DNA from: an uncultured Poribacteria bacterium | GTDB taxonomy: Bacteria; Poribacteria; WGA-4E; WGA-3G | Length of the DNA: 64,000 nucleotides | Direction: 5' to 3' | NCBI GenBank assembly: GCA_958296135.2 | Contig: CATQHZ020000001.1 | Coordinates: 4,544,001-4,608,000 of the forward strand | In this document: one piece after another, positions 37,208-47,371 of the stretch | How positions within the stretch are numbered: position 1 is the first letter of the stretch | Layout of the letters: each line of letters starts with the position of its first letter | The notes under the pieces: model-generated | The model's input: the letters and a program-made list of their open reading frames with translations, nothing else | Database searches by the model: none | Told to the model about the DNA's origin: nothing | Position numbers and translations under genes: made by a program

Positions 37208-37512
37208 TTTTTCGTCTTTCGCGAGGCGTTCGGCGGACGTTTCTGGTGCAAGGCGGTTTTTCTGCGTAACCCGTCATCGCCGTTGGCGATGACTACAATT
37301 CGGTGCTAAGTTAGGTAGGCACCCCGCCCATCTCACGCCTCAAGCATTTTTTGTTGTTCGCGAGGCGTTCGGCTTTTTCGTCTTTCGCGAGGCGTTCGGC
37401 GGACGTTTCTGGTGCAAGGCGGTTTTTCTGCGTAACCCGTCATCGCCGTTGGCGATGACTACAATTCGGTGCTAAGTTAGGTAGGCACCCCGCCTGTCTC
37501 ACGCCTCAAGCA
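37208..37512. repeat. 139-bp direct duplication (37208-37346 and 37374-37512) carrying a family E REP
   Basis: Two copies with 2 mismatches, offset by 166 bp; each contains GTCATCGCCGTTGGCGATGACTAC. Confidence 0.92.
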
Positions 37513-38632
37513 GCTGCTGGTATTCTTGATACGTCCGTTCGGCAATCGTCTCCCACGTAAAATTTTCCACGCGCGCTAATCCACGCGCAATAAGTTCCTC
37601 GCGGCGCGTCTCATCGTGCGCGAGGCGCTGGATACACGCCGCTAATGCGAGCGCGTCTGCCTCCGGAAATACAAGTCCCGCGTCGGCGATAACGTGTGGA
37701 ATTTCGCCCGAATCGGAGCCGATGACAGGAACTTCACACGCCATTGCCTCAATTAGCACCCTGCCAAAAAATTCTACCCACCCCGGTGTGGTGCGCGATG
37801 GCAGGACGAGCGCGTCCATACAATTAATATAGGCCGGCACCTCTTCAGGCGGCACGGCATCCACCCAGACAATCCGGTCGGCGATACCGAGGGTTTCCGC
37901 CGTCTGGCGGAGCATCGCTCCATCTTCGCCTTGCCCGACAATTAGCAGTTTACAAGGAGTGCCTTGTTCGTGCGCGCCCGCTTCAATCAGCGTATTCACC
38001 CCTTTCATCTGCAGGAGTCTGCCGACATATCCCACCACAAAACCGCCGGTCAGCCCCAGCGAATCTCTGAGCTCCCTTACATCCCTTTTGTGAAAGATGC
38101 GCGTGTCAACGCCATTTGGAAACGGCACTTGTCTGCCCGTGTAACCGCGCTGGACTAAAATCTCGCCGGCGTTGTCACTCAGCGGAAAGGCGAGTTCGGT
38201 TTCACGAAACACGCGCCGTTCTATCCACACCGGCACCCTACCGAACCGTTGTTTCGTCGGAATGCTGAGCGACGTGCGGAAGATAAAGCGACTGTTCGGA
38301 CAGAACTTCCGCTTCAACCGCACCGTCTGCAAGGCGTTGAGACTCCACGCTTCTTCCTCAAGATGGATAATATCCGGGTGGAAATCCCGGAAGTGGGGCA
38401 TCAGCCCACGGCGATAGTAGAAGCGGCTGCCATACCCAGAGAATCGGATCGGGCATGGAAATTCTTCACAGCGAGTGTTAGCGTCCGGTTCAAAGACAAT
38501 CTCCTGGAAACTTTCATACCAGCGTTCCGGTGTGACAACGCGCAGCGTGACATCGGGTTTCTCCGCGATGAGCGCGAACTTCCGCCGATACGGTTTCATG
38601 ATATAGGAATGGGAGAGCACTAAGACGCGCAC
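37499..38632 (-). CDS. Glycosyltransferase family 4
   Basis: Motifs PNGVD, YVGRL..KG and EFFGRVLIEAMAC. Confidence 0.9.
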   Translation of the reverse strand: MRVLVLSHSYIMKPYRRKFALIAEKPDVTLRVVTPERWYESFQEIVFEPDANTRCEEFPCPIRFSGYGSRFYYRRGLMPHFRDFHPDIIHLEEEAWSLNALQTVRLKRKFCPNSRFIFRTSLSIPTKQRFGRVPVWIERRVFRETELAFPLSDNAGEILVQRGYTGRQVPFPNGVDTRIFHKRDVRELRDSLGLTGGFVVGYVGRLLQMKGVNTLIEAGAHEQGTPCKLLIVGQGEDGAMLRQTAETLGIADRIVWVDAVPPEEVPAYINCMDALVLPSRTTPGWVEFFGRVLIEAMACEVPVIGSDSGEIPHVIADAGLVFPEADALALAACIQRLAHDETRREELIARGLARVENFTWETIAERTYQEYQQLLEA

Positions 38633-38637
38633 GAGTG

Positions 38638-39036
38638 TTATGCCCCGGTGTCTTCAGTCACTTCAACGGGACTAGCAGGCCCCGCCGTGAACACGATGCT
38701 CTCTTCGGCTTCCTCATCCACCGCTTCATCTGCAGCAGGCACCACCGCATCACTCGTGTCTGCGAGGACGGCCATCAACTCCTCAAGCCGCTGGCGAATG
38801 CCGGTGCGTTCTTCCTGCGCGGTTAACTTCTCATGTTCGTAAGCCGCATTTAACTCGCCATTGCGGGTTTCCAATTCTTGAATCCGCGCGTCGCGTTGGA
38901 GCACATCACTGTTGAGCCGCGCGATTTCAGCCTCAAATTCCAGTTTCTCCGCCCTTAATTTTTGAACCGTCGAAATGGCAAGTTCAACGTGTTCTTCTAG
39001 AAGGGCAACAACGTTTTTTTCAGGTGATTCAGACAT
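38638..39036 (-). CDS. Coiled-coil protein, ZapB-like
   Basis: LLEEHVELAISTVQKLRAEK...ERTGIRQRLEELM with an acidic tail. Confidence 0.55.
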   Translation of the reverse strand: MSESPEKNVVALLEEHVELAISTVQKLRAEKLEFEAEIARLNSDVLQRDARIQELETRNGELNAAYEHEKLTAQEERTGIRQRLEELMAVLADTSDAVVPAADEAVDEEAEESIVFTAGPASPVEVTEDTGA

Positions 39037-39047
39037 AGTGCCTTCCC

Positions 39048-39944
39048 CTATTCATGAGAAATGAGTGACAGATGCTCATCATCTGCCCAATTCGGACATT
39101 CATGCACGTAGTGGAAAAGATACTGCTGCGCGTACCCCACACCGGCGCCGAAATAGTTTTGCGCGAACTCACGAATCTCGCGCGGCGTAGCCGGCCGCCG
39201 AAGATAAAGCGTCTCAAAAATCCGCTTTATCCAGACATCAATCGGCAGTGCCTCAAGGTGCCCGAGTGAAAAAAGACAGATACAATCCGCAACCTTCTCA
39301 CCGATGCCTTTGCGGTGCATTAATTCGCGCTTCGCCTCAGGATACGCCAACCGTTTCAGATGCGGCAGCGAGAGTTCGCCGCTCACGACAGCTTGCGCAG
39401 CACCCTTGAGATAGTCGGCCCGGTAGCCGGTCCCGCACGCAAGGAGCTCGTGACTCTCTGCCGCAGCAAGAACGGCCGCAGTGGGGAAACTATAATCGAC
39501 GTAACCCTCCAGCGTCAGTTCCCTCCCGAAACGTTCGGAAAGTCTGCGGATAATGCCGCGAATCCGCGGCACGTTATTGTTCTGAGATAAAATAAACGAC
39601 GCAATTGTTTCCCAGAGTTCTTGGTTCAGGATGCGCATCCCCCACAATCTTTGAACGGCGCGATGGATGTAGGCATCGGTACCAACGGCGGCAAGGATTC
39701 TCGGCACATCGCGTTCAATGTCAAGATAGTGGCGAAGGAACGCCGTTAACTGTGCCGCATCTTCAGAAGCGGAGCTCTCAACGGACAGGGTGATTCCGTG
39801 TTGTCCCTTCTCAGATGCGCGCAACTTGAGTATCCTGCCCTCCACGACACCGTAATAGGCATCTTCAATGCGGTTCCATCGAAACGACTGTCCCGATTCA
39901 AGGGTATATTTCAGATTGAAATCCATCACGCCCTGAATTTGCAT
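39048..39944 (-). CDS. ogg: 8-oxoguanine DNA glycosylase (Ogg family)
   Basis: Motifs TLESGQSFRW, SQNNNVPRI, HhH GIGEKVADC, PIDVW and GYAQQYLF. Confidence 0.88.
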   Translation of the reverse strand: MQIQGVMDFNLKYTLESGQSFRWNRIEDAYYGVVEGRILKLRASEKGQHGITLSVESSASEDAAQLTAFLRHYLDIERDVPRILAAVGTDAYIHRAVQRLWGMRILNQELWETIASFILSQNNNVPRIRGIIRRLSERFGRELTLEGYVDYSFPTAAVLAAAESHELLACGTGYRADYLKGAAQAVVSGELSLPHLKRLAYPEAKRELMHRKGIGEKVADCICLFSLGHLEALPIDVWIKRIFETLYLRRPATPREIREFAQNYFGAGVGYAQQYLFHYVHECPNWADDEHLSLISHE

Positions 39945-40204
39945 CGCAAAAAAACTCCTCGCACGTTCTCTGCTTAATTAGTATACACAGATTTGGGAGA
40001 ATAGTCAAGTTTTTTTATCCAAAATAATTCACACGTAGGAAACAGACGGATTGAGAACTGCATCGTCCTGGGGTTCTCCTTGTTAGCACTCAATGTTTAT
40101 TGTAGCATATTGTTCGGATGAAAATCAAATTATCCCGAACGATTCAGACATTTTTTTGCAGCCGATGCGAAAATCTCGTGCCGCGTAAGCCCTATTAAAA
40201 AAAT

Positions 40205-40233
40205 TTGACATTTGCAGCATTTGCGTGTATACT
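40205..40233 (+). promoter_or_regulatory. sigma70-type promoter
   Basis: TTGACA-17 nt-TATACT. Confidence 0.7.
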
Positions 40234-40281
40234 ATTAATATGGAAGTTCTATAGCAATCGATCAGGAGATACACTTAAGAA

Positions 40282-42237
40282 ATGATTATCTTTTTACGGG
40301 AAAAATTTATTGCGCAACTCTTTATGTGGGTAATCGCTATCGTGTTCTTGGTAGGCACGGTGCTGCTCTACAACAACTCGCAGGGCGGCGGCAGCGGCCC
40401 CGAATCCGAAGTCGTCCTCCGGATGGGCGATGCCGAGGTAACGCGCGGAAATTTTGAGAGTGCCGTCGCGAACGCCATCCGCTCCGCACGAAACCAGCGA
40501 TACGGCACCGAACCAAACCGAGAAGAAACGCAGAATTCGGTCATCGAACAGTGGATCCAACAGACGATTATGAGCAGCGCAGCACTCAGCGACGCAGAGA
40601 TAGAACGCTACATCCGAAGCGATGCCGAACGGGTGAAGCAGTACAACCTCTACCAACAATTCGGATTGGTGGATGACTACACGCAAAACGTTCGCTTACA
40701 ACTCAGCGCAACGACACTGCGCGATACCATCCAAAACCTTGAATTGGTAACGGATACCGAAATCGAACAAGATTTCCGGCTCGAGGCAGACAAGGCGAAA
40801 CTGAAGTTCATCGAATTCAAGCACGCCGATTACGCAACAGCCATCGAGGTTGACGATGATGAAGCGGCGGCGCACTTTGAGAAAAACCGAGACACCTACA
40901 AGGAAGAAGAACAGGTGAACGTCAAGTTTATCAAAGTGAGTCCAGCCGATTATGTCACCGAATCGGACGTTCAAGCCTATTACGATGAGAACCCGGGCGA
41001 ATTCACAACGGTCGAAGCTGTCAGAGCACGGCACATCTTGAAAAAATTCCCCGACAACGCTACCGATGAGCAAAAAGCCGAGGTAAAAACGGCGGCGGAA
41101 GAACTGCTCAAAACTGTCACCGACGAACTCGCGAAGGGCACCACATTTGCCGAACTCGCGGAGAAGCATTCGGAAGGGCCCTCTGCCAGCCGAGGTGGCG
41201 CGCTCACGGGCTCTAATTCAAACCTGCCGCCCGGCGCCTACTTCGCGCGCGGCGACATGGTGAAACCTTTTGAAGACGCATGTTTTGACACGCTCAAGCC
41301 CGGCGAGGTCAGCGAACTCGTCGAAACCCAATTCGGGTACCATATTATCACATTGGAAGAGAAGAAACCGCCGGAGACAAAACCGTTTGACCAGGTGCAG
41401 TACGACATCCAGCAAAAACTGGTGAAAATCCGGGGCGTTGAAGAAGCGCGAAAAGTAGCAGCAGACCTGCTCTATGAGGTAGAGATTCAGGATTACGACG
41501 CTGCGATTGTCCTTGAAAGGTATCAAGATAAGGCACCCTCAGTGCAGGAAACCGGGCTCTTTAGCCGCGATGCCGCCACTATCCCGGAAATCGGCCCGAA
41601 ATGGAGTTACCACGGGCTCACCGAGGCATTCTTTGACACGGAAGTCGGGGTGATAAAGGTGGTTGAAGGCAAAACATCGGCCGGTGACGTGGAGGCGTTT
41701 TTTGTCGCAACCGTGCTTGAAAAGAAGCCTGCGGCTATTCCGCCGTTTGCGGATATAAAGGCGACGGTGATTGAAGACGTGCGGCAAGAGAAGGCGAAAG
41801 CACAGGCTTTGGCAGACGCGCAAAACTTGATGAATCAACACCAAACAGACGCATCGCTCGATGCCCTCCTGAAAAAGTATCAGGCACCCGAAGGGCTTGC
41901 AGCAGACCGGCTTTCCGTTCAAGATAGCAATTTGTTCTCGCTCTCTGCCAACAGCCACTACATTAGTGGTATGGGCGATTCCAGCGAGGCGATGTTTGCC
42001 GCGTTTCGGATGAAGGTTGATGACATCCGCGGTCCGTTTCAAGGCGATACTGCTGTTTACATCGTCCAACTAACTGAACGGCAGGAGCCTGATTTGGAAA
42101 CGTTCCAAACGGACACAGATGAGCAGACGCGGCATCGCCAGTCACTCATTCAGACGAAAAAACGGGAGGCGTATCTGAATTGGTTCGCCGCGCGTAAGAA
42201 GCAGAGTGAGCCGTGGATTCATCCGGACTACCGGTAA
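40282..42237 (+). CDS. ppiD: Membrane-anchored parvulin-type PPIase/chaperone (PpiD-like)
   Basis: N-terminal TM; motifs RARHIL, FAELAEKHS, MVKPFE and VETQFGYHII. Confidence 0.8.
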   Translation: MIIFLREKFIAQLFMWVIAIVFLVGTVLLYNNSQGGGSGPESEVVLRMGDAEVTRGNFESAVANAIRSARNQRYGTEPNREETQNSVIEQWIQQTIMSSAALSDAEIERYIRSDAERVKQYNLYQQFGLVDDYTQNVRLQLSATTLRDTIQNLELVTDTEIEQDFRLEADKAKLKFIEFKHADYATAIEVDDDEAAAHFEKNRDTYKEEEQVNVKFIKVSPADYVTESDVQAYYDENPGEFTTVEAVRARHILKKFPDNATDEQKAEVKTAAEELLKTVTDELAKGTTFAELAEKHSEGPSASRGGALTGSNSNLPPGAYFARGDMVKPFEDACFDTLKPGEVSELVETQFGYHIITLEEKKPPETKPFDQVQYDIQQKLVKIRGVEEARKVAADLLYEVEIQDYDAAIVLERYQDKAPSVQETGLFSRDAATIPEIGPKWSYHGLTEAFFDTEVGVIKVVEGKTSAGDVEAFFVATVLEKKPAAIPPFADIKATVIEDVRQEKAKAQALADAQNLMNQHQTDASLDALLKKYQAPEGLAADRLSVQDSNLFSLSANSHYISGMGDSSEAMFAAFRMKVDDIRGPFQGDTAVYIVQLTERQEPDLETFQTDTDEQTRHRQSLIQTKKREAYLNWFAARKKQSEPWIHPDYR

Positions 42238-42249
42238 GCGAATTGAATA

Positions 42250-42378
42250 GCGGGCGGATAGAGACATCCGCAACTAAAAATCCACCGCTGTAGTTCGGAT
42301 TCGTCTGACCCGAACACGGCGAGCTCGCTCTACAAATACGCAACCTAACCGGTAGGCGCGCTTTGAAAACGCGCCTAT
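42250..42378. repeat. Cluster of three different REP-like palindromes between convergent genes
   Basis: GCGGATAGAGACATCCGC; GTAGTTCGGATTCGTCTGACCCGAAC; GTAGGCGCGCTTTGAAAACGCGCCTA. Confidence 0.6.
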
Positions 42379-42398
42379 GCTGTCAGGCGGGGGCCGCT

Positions 42399-43466
42399 TT
42401 AATGAAGGTGTTCATAAAAGAAATTGCGGCGTTTGGGAACATATCCCAACTCCGAGATAGTCCGTTCGATCTCCTCAATCGGCATACAGTAAACAGTGCC
42501 CGCCTTGCTGACAACGTTCTCCTCTATCATCGTGCCGCCCATGTCGTTGGCACCGAATTTGAGGGAGAGCTGCCCGATTTTAGGTCCCTGCGTCACCCAC
42601 GAAGACTGGAAGTTGTCAAAGTTATCGAGGAACAACCGGGAAATCGCCAAGGTTTTGAGGTATTCAAAACTGCCGGCAGGCGGAATGTGCGCAAGTCCCG
42701 TGTTGTACGGTTGGAGGGACCAGCAGATGAACGCCGTGAACCCGGCTGTCTCGTCCTGCAAATCGCGCAGGCGCATGAGGTGTTCAACGCGCTCGGCGTA
42801 AGTCTCGACATGCCCATACATCATAGTGGCACTAGACTTAAGCCCGACGAGATGCCCCTGGCGCATCACTTCCAGCCATTCGTCGGCGGTGCATTTTTTC
42901 GGGCTGATTTCGTCGCGTGCATGTTCGGTTAAAATTTCGGCACCGCCGCCGGGGATAGAATCGAGCCCAGCATCGCGGAGGCGGATAAGCACGTCGCGCA
43001 GCGGCATGCGGTTGATTTTCGCAAACCAGTCAAGCTCGGGCGGCGAAAAGCCGTGGATGTGGATGCGGTAATTCGCTTTAATCCAGCGGAGGAGCTCTTC
43101 ATACCAGTCCAACTTGAGTTTGGGGTGCAAGCCGCCCTGCATGAGAATCAGTTCCCCGCCCAGGTCAAGCGTCTCTTGGATTTTTTGCCCAAGCTCCTCA
43201 CGTTCCATGACATAAGCGTCCGGGTCGCGGCGGTGGCGGTAGAATGCGCAAAAATCGCAATCGACGTAGCACCAATTGGTGTAATTAATGTTCCGGTCAA
43301 CGATGTAGGTGACATAGCCTTCTGGATGCTTACGCTGGCGCGCCATATCGGCGGCGTGCCCCAAAGCGAGGAGCTCATAGCTTTTGAAAAGCGTCACGCC
43401 ATCGTCAAAATCCAAACGCTCACCTGACAGCGATTTTTCTAAGATAGGTTGAATAGTTGTATCCAT
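42399..43466 (-). CDS. mqnC: Cyclic dehypoxanthine futalosine synthase (radical SAM)
   Basis: Motifs DRNINYTNWCYVDCDFCAF, QGGLHP, SIPGGGAEIL, QSSWVTQG and EENVV. Confidence 0.9.
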   Translation of the reverse strand: MDTTIQPILEKSLSGERLDFDDGVTLFKSYELLALGHAADMARQRKHPEGYVTYIVDRNINYTNWCYVDCDFCAFYRHRRDPDAYVMEREELGQKIQETLDLGGELILMQGGLHPKLKLDWYEELLRWIKANYRIHIHGFSPPELDWFAKINRMPLRDVLIRLRDAGLDSIPGGGAEILTEHARDEISPKKCTADEWLEVMRQGHLVGLKSSATMMYGHVETYAERVEHLMRLRDLQDETAGFTAFICWSLQPYNTGLAHIPPAGSFEYLKTLAISRLFLDNFDNFQSSWVTQGPKIGQLSLKFGANDMGGTMIEENVVSKAGTVYCMPIEEIERTISELGYVPKRRNFFYEHLH

Positions 43467-43560
43467 ACAGTACAGTTGTCCTTCGGGAAGACGGGCGAAA
43501 TTGCGCGTCGCGCGCGGTTCCGCCCGCACAAAAACGGCAGAATTATCAATGTTACTATAA

Positions 43561-43636
43561 ATTTTACCACTTTTCCGCGCGTTTGTCAATTTTTTTATCA
43601 TTTTAATTTGACATTCGGGAAAAAATAGGGTATAAT
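43561..43636. promoter_or_regulatory. Back-to-back sigma70 promoters for mqnC (-) and rpoZ (+)
   Basis: Minus strand TTGACA-17-TAAAAT (43561-43589); plus strand TTGACA-17-TATAAT (43608-43636). Confidence 0.75.
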
Positions 43637-43701
43637 TAAAGAGACTTCACCTGAGGTTTGTCTGAAAAACCTGCTAGCTAACTGAATTGGGAGGCACAAA
43701 A

Positions 43702-44052
43702 ATGGCAGCCGTTTATCACGAAGACTTGGAGAAGGAAAACGAAAATTACAACAAATACCGAGCGGTGAATCTTATCGCGCAGCGCGCTCGCGAGTTAAAC
43801 GCACAAGGGTTACCGAACATTTCCTCCGGTGCACGGCAGAAACTCGTTGTCGTCGCCACCCAAGAACTGGTCGCCGGGAAAATCGGATTTGAGAAAAGCG
43901 AGACGAAACCCCAGGATAGCGGGCTTTCCTCAATATTTGACGAACCACCCGAATCTCCGGACGACGATGATTGGCGCGAAGGTATCTTCAAAGAAGATTA
44001 CATCGCCAAGGAAGAAGAACCCGAAGAGGTTGAACCCGAAGAGGGGCTTTAG
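43702..44052 (+). CDS. rpoZ: RNA polymerase omega subunit with an acidic extension
   Basis: NKYRAVNLIAQRAREL...K.VVVATQELVAGKI; GGAGG RBS. Confidence 0.75.
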   Translation: MAAVYHEDLEKENENYNKYRAVNLIAQRARELNAQGLPNISSGARQKLVVVATQELVAGKIGFEKSETKPQDSGLSSIFDEPPESPDDDDWREGIFKEDYIAKEEEPEEVEPEEGL

Positions 44053-44105
44053 CGGCACGGACGGATACCGGACATCGTGCCGATGCACTAGCATTCAATT
44101 TTTTC

Positions 44106-44134
44106 TTGACAAACGCAAAAAAAGTGGGTATAAT
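44106..44134 (+). promoter_or_regulatory. Consensus sigma70 promoter for the tRNA cluster
   Basis: TTGACA-17 nt-TATAAT. Confidence 0.85.
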
Positions 44135-44183
44135 TACGTATAGAGACTTTCTCATTCGGTTTTATGGGACATGTTTCGTCATC

Positions 44184-44255
44184 GCTGACGTGGCTCAATG
44201 GTAGAGCAAGTGATTTGTAATCACTAGGTTGGAGGTTCGATTCCTCTCGTCAGCT
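44184..44255 (+). tRNA. tRNA-Thr(TGT)
   Basis: Acceptor GCTGACG/CGTCAGC; anticodon loop TTTGTAA. Confidence 0.93.
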
Positions 44256-44294
44256 TCTTCACGTGACATGCCTACCTCGCTATCTTTCTTATAT

Positions 44295-44376
44295 GGGGGC
44301 GTGCTTGAGTGGTCAAAAAGGGCAGACTGTAAATCTGTTGGCAATGCCTACGGTGGTTCAAATCCATCCGCCCCCA
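44295..44376 (+). tRNA. tRNA-Tyr(GTA)
   Basis: Acceptor GGGGGCG/CGCCCCC; anticodon loop CTGTAAA; long variable arm. Confidence 0.93.
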
Positions 44377-44401
44377 TCCATTTTTAGCAAACGCATTTTG
44401 C

Positions 44402-44474
44402 GCGGGAGTAGCTCAGCTGGTAGAGCATTGGCCTTCCAAGCCATGTGTCGCGGGTTCAAATCCCGTCTCCCGCT
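44402..44474 (+). tRNA. tRNA-Gly(TCC)
   Basis: Acceptor GCGGGAG/CTCCCGC; anticodon loop CTTCCAA. Confidence 0.93.
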
Positions 44475-44493
44475 CATTGACGTTTTCATGTTT

Positions 44494-44569
<76 letters not shown>

Positions 44570-44623
44570 TTATCCTGTGCGTCGCGCGAGGCGGCGCGCA
44601 ACTCGCTCCGATAGGGTACCGAT

Positions 44624-44776
44624 ATGCCTCGAGATATTGTGACATTAGCCTGCGACGTATGCAGTCAGCGGAATTACGTAACAACCCGGAACCGCCGGAC
44701 GCATCCCTCCCGGTACGAGCGGAAGAAATTCTGCCGCTTCTGCCGGAAGCATACACAGCATAAGGAGACGCGCTAA
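44624..44776 (+). CDS. rpmG: 50S ribosomal protein L33 (zinc-ribbon type; not in the ORF track)
   Basis: [50 protein letters not shown], at the canonical position before tRNA-Trp and secE. Confidence 0.93.
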   Translation: MPRDIVTLACDVCSQRNYVTTRNRRTHPSRYERKKFCRFCRKHTQHKETR

Positions 44777-44808
44777 CGCGGCGCCGCTTGATATGAACAG
44801 CGTCTTGT

Positions 44809-44882
44809 AGGCCAGTAGCTCCAACGGCTAGAGCGTCGGTCTCCAAAACCGAATGTTGGGGGTTCGAATCCCTCCTGGCCTG
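44809..44882 (+). tRNA. tRNA-Trp(CCA)
   Basis: Acceptor AGGCCAG/CTGGCCT; anticodon loop CTCCAAA. Confidence 0.93.
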
Positions 44883-45085
44883 CTTTTTCTTATGCGGGCG
44901 GATAGGTGAACATTCGCCCGCTTACACAACAAAAACGGGTGCTAATACTAAATGAGATTGATGCGTCTCGCCTCAATCACAACCGTCCCGCAGCGATGTC
45001 CACTGAGTGATGTCCACTGAGTGATGTCCAACAATAGCGATAGCGGTTCATTTGGTATAACCCGCGCTAACAAGAACGAATGCTT

Positions 45086-45475
45086 ATGATAGCTCGCATC
45101 AAAAATTATCTGCACGGAATTAATTTGGAATGGCAAAAGGTGTCCAAACCTGACGCGAAAGAGGTGCAGGCTAGCACCATCACCGTCATCGTGGGCTGCG
45201 CCTTGTTGGGCCTTTTCATTTTTTTAGTTGATGGGAACGCTGGGACTCCCGCTTGGAGCAGTCCGATTTTTCTCCTTTTGCTGGTAGTCCTCCCGGTCGC
45301 TGTCTTTTCTGTCGCGCGAACGTGGGAGACTCGCAGGACGCTTGCAACCGTTGTCGCCTGTGCCCCTTTAGTCTTTGTGCTCGTGAGCCAGTTCGCCCTC
45401 AGTCTAGAGGCGCCGTTTGGCAGCGGGTTCGGGTTAGCATTCCTCAGGGCACTCTTTATCCGGTCGGTTGAATAA
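45086..45475 (+). CDS. secE: Preprotein translocase SecE with extra C-terminal TM segments
   Basis: IKNYLHGINLEWQKVSKP...TITVIV...FIFLVD, located between tRNA-Trp and nusG. Confidence 0.8.
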   Translation: MIARIKNYLHGINLEWQKVSKPDAKEVQASTITVIVGCALLGLFIFLVDGNAGTPAWSSPIFLLLLVVLPVAVFSVARTWETRRTLATVVACAPLVFVLVSQFALSLEAPFGSGFGLAFLRALFIRSVE

Positions 45476-45520
45476 AAGGTGGATATAGAACCGCCCGACA
45501 CTGTTTTAAGGTAACCGGAG

Positions 45521-46084
45521 ATGGATGGATACTGGTACGTTGTTCAGGTTTACACCGGACATGAAAATAGGGTGAAACTCAACCTTGAAAACATGGTTGC
45601 GAGGGAAAACATCCAGAACGAAATCTTGCAAGTGAAAGTCCCTCTCACCGAAGTTGTCGAAGTGAAAGACAGCAAGCGCAAGGTGAGTTCGCGGCCGTCC
45701 TACCCGGGTTACGTCCTCGTCAACACACTGCATGAACTGGGGCTGTACGTTGAACCGCAGATCGGGCAGAAAAGTTGGGAGCTCATTAAAGGGACTACGG
45801 GGGTAATGGGGTTATTGGGCCCCACCGAAAGCCCGAGTGCCTTAGAGGCAGAAGAAATTGAACGGATGTTGAGCCTGTCAACGCTGGAAGAGGAACAGCC
45901 CCCGGTCCCTGCCATCGAATACGAGATTGGCGATGAAGTGCAGGTGGTTGACGGGCCCTTCAGTGGATTCCCTGCCGAAATTCAGGGCATCGACACGGAA
46001 CGCCAGCGGTTAAATCTCAGCATTACCATCTTCGGCCGCGCAACACCGGTTGAACTCGGCTTCCTCGAAGTCGAAAAGTTGTAG
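45521..46084 (+). CDS. nusG: Transcription factor NusG
   Basis: Motifs WYVVQVYTGHE, YPGYVLV, KOW DGPFSGF and IFGRATPVEL. Confidence 0.96.
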   Translation: MDGYWYVVQVYTGHENRVKLNLENMVARENIQNEILQVKVPLTEVVEVKDSKRKVSSRPSYPGYVLVNTLHELGLYVEPQIGQKSWELIKGTTGVMGLLGPTESPSALEAEEIERMLSLSTLEEEQPPVPAIEYEIGDEVQVVDGPFSGFPAEIQGIDTERQRLNLSITIFGRATPVELGFLEVEKL

Positions 46085-46119
46085 CAGGACGACCGGGGCA
46101 GTAAAGGAGAAGTGAACGT

Positions 46120-46542
46120 ATGGCAAAAAAAATAACAGGCGAAGTGAAACTCCAGTTAGTCTCCGGGCAGGCAACACCGCAGCCACCTGTCGGGCCCAGC
46201 CTCGCGCCCTATATGATTAACCTCCAGGAGTTCATCAAATCCTTTAACGCGCAGACACAGCACCAAACAGGGCTGGTGGTGACAACCCTCATCACCTGTT
46301 ACAGCGACCGGTCATTTACGTTTAGCGTGAAATCGCCGCCCGCGGCCATTCTGCTGAAAGCCGCGGCGAAAATCGCCAAAGGTTCCGGCGAACCGAACCG
46401 GACGAAGGTCGCGACTGTCACGACAGACCAGGTTCGCGAGATTGCGCAGACCAAATTGCCGGATTTAAACACGACAGATTTAGAAGCTGCAACGCGGATG
46501 GTAGAAGGCACCGCTCGCAGTATGGGGCTGACGATTAACTAA
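46120..46542 (+). CDS. rplK: 50S ribosomal protein L11
   Basis: Motifs [19 protein letters not shown] and GTARSMG. Confidence 0.97.
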   Translation: MAKKITGEVKLQLVSGQATPQPPVGPSLAPYMINLQEFIKSFNAQTQHQTGLVVTTLITCYSDRSFTFSVKSPPAAILLKAAAKIAKGSGEPNRTKVATVTTDQVREIAQTKLPDLNTTDLEAATRMVEGTARSMGLTIN

Positions 46543-46571
46543 CCGATGACAGGAGGCACCGCGCAAAGGAA

Positions 46572-47270
46572 ATGGGAAAAAAAGGGAAGCGATACCGCGG
46601 CATCAAAGAGCAGATAGACAGACTTCAACTTTACACCGTCGATGAAGCTATCTCGCTCGTCAAAAAAACGAGTGCCGTGAAGTTCGATGAGACTGTCGAC
46701 TTAGCATCGCGCCTCGGCGTAGATGCCCGGAAAGCCGAAGAGAACATCCGCGGCACTGTCTCACTGCCGCACGGCACCGGTAAATCGGTCCGCGTCGTTG
46801 TCTTCGCTCAAGGCGATAAGGCACGCGAGGCAGAAAAAGCAGGCGCGGATTTCGTCGGCACAGATGAATTGGTTGATAAAATTGTAGAGGGCTGGCTCGA
46901 CTTTGATGCCACCATCGCCACACCGGATTTGATGCGCAGCGTCATGCCGAAACTCGGCAGAATTCTCGGACCGCGGGGGTTAATGCCTAACGCAAAAGCC
47001 GGGACAGTCACCATGGATGTCACCGAGACACTCCAAAACATCAAAGCCGGACAGATTGAATATCGGGTGGAACGTTCCTCCGGCATCGTTCACGTCCCGA
47101 TTGGCAAAGTCTCGTTTGACGATGAACGGATTAAGGAGAACCTCCACGCTGTGATGAGTGCCCTCGTCGGCGCGCGGCCGTCCTCTGTGAAGGGACGGTA
47201 TCTCCGGAGCGTTGCTATCTCATCAACAATGGGGGTCGGTGTGCGCATCGATCCGCAGCAATTTACATAA
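46572..47270 (+). CDS. rplA: 50S ribosomal protein L1
   Basis: Motifs [22 protein letters not shown] and STMG. Confidence 0.97.
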   Translation: MGKKGKRYRGIKEQIDRLQLYTVDEAISLVKKTSAVKFDETVDLASRLGVDARKAEENIRGTVSLPHGTGKSVRVVVFAQGDKAREAEKAGADFVGTDELVDKIVEGWLDFDATIATPDLMRSVMPKLGRILGPRGLMPNAKAGTVTMDVTETLQNIKAGQIEYRVERSSGIVHVPIGKVSFDDERIKENLHAVMSALVGARPSSVKGRYLRSVAISSTMGVGVRIDPQQFT

Positions 47271-47302
47271 GCGCGCATCGATCCGCAGCAATTTACATAA
47301 GC
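47243..47302 (+). repeat. 30-bp tandem duplication of the rplA 3' end
   Basis: GCGCATCGATCCGCAGCAATTTACATAAGC x2. Confidence 0.9.
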
Positions 47303-47371
47303 GTTAGGACAAACGCAGACGCAACGCCGTAGAGAAGGCTCGCATTTGCGTCAGTCCTGAGCGTGATAGAA

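Noticed and set aside
37124-37512. Integrative element attachment site at tRNA-Leu
   Set aside because: The duplication does not include the tRNA 3' end, and there is no integrase.
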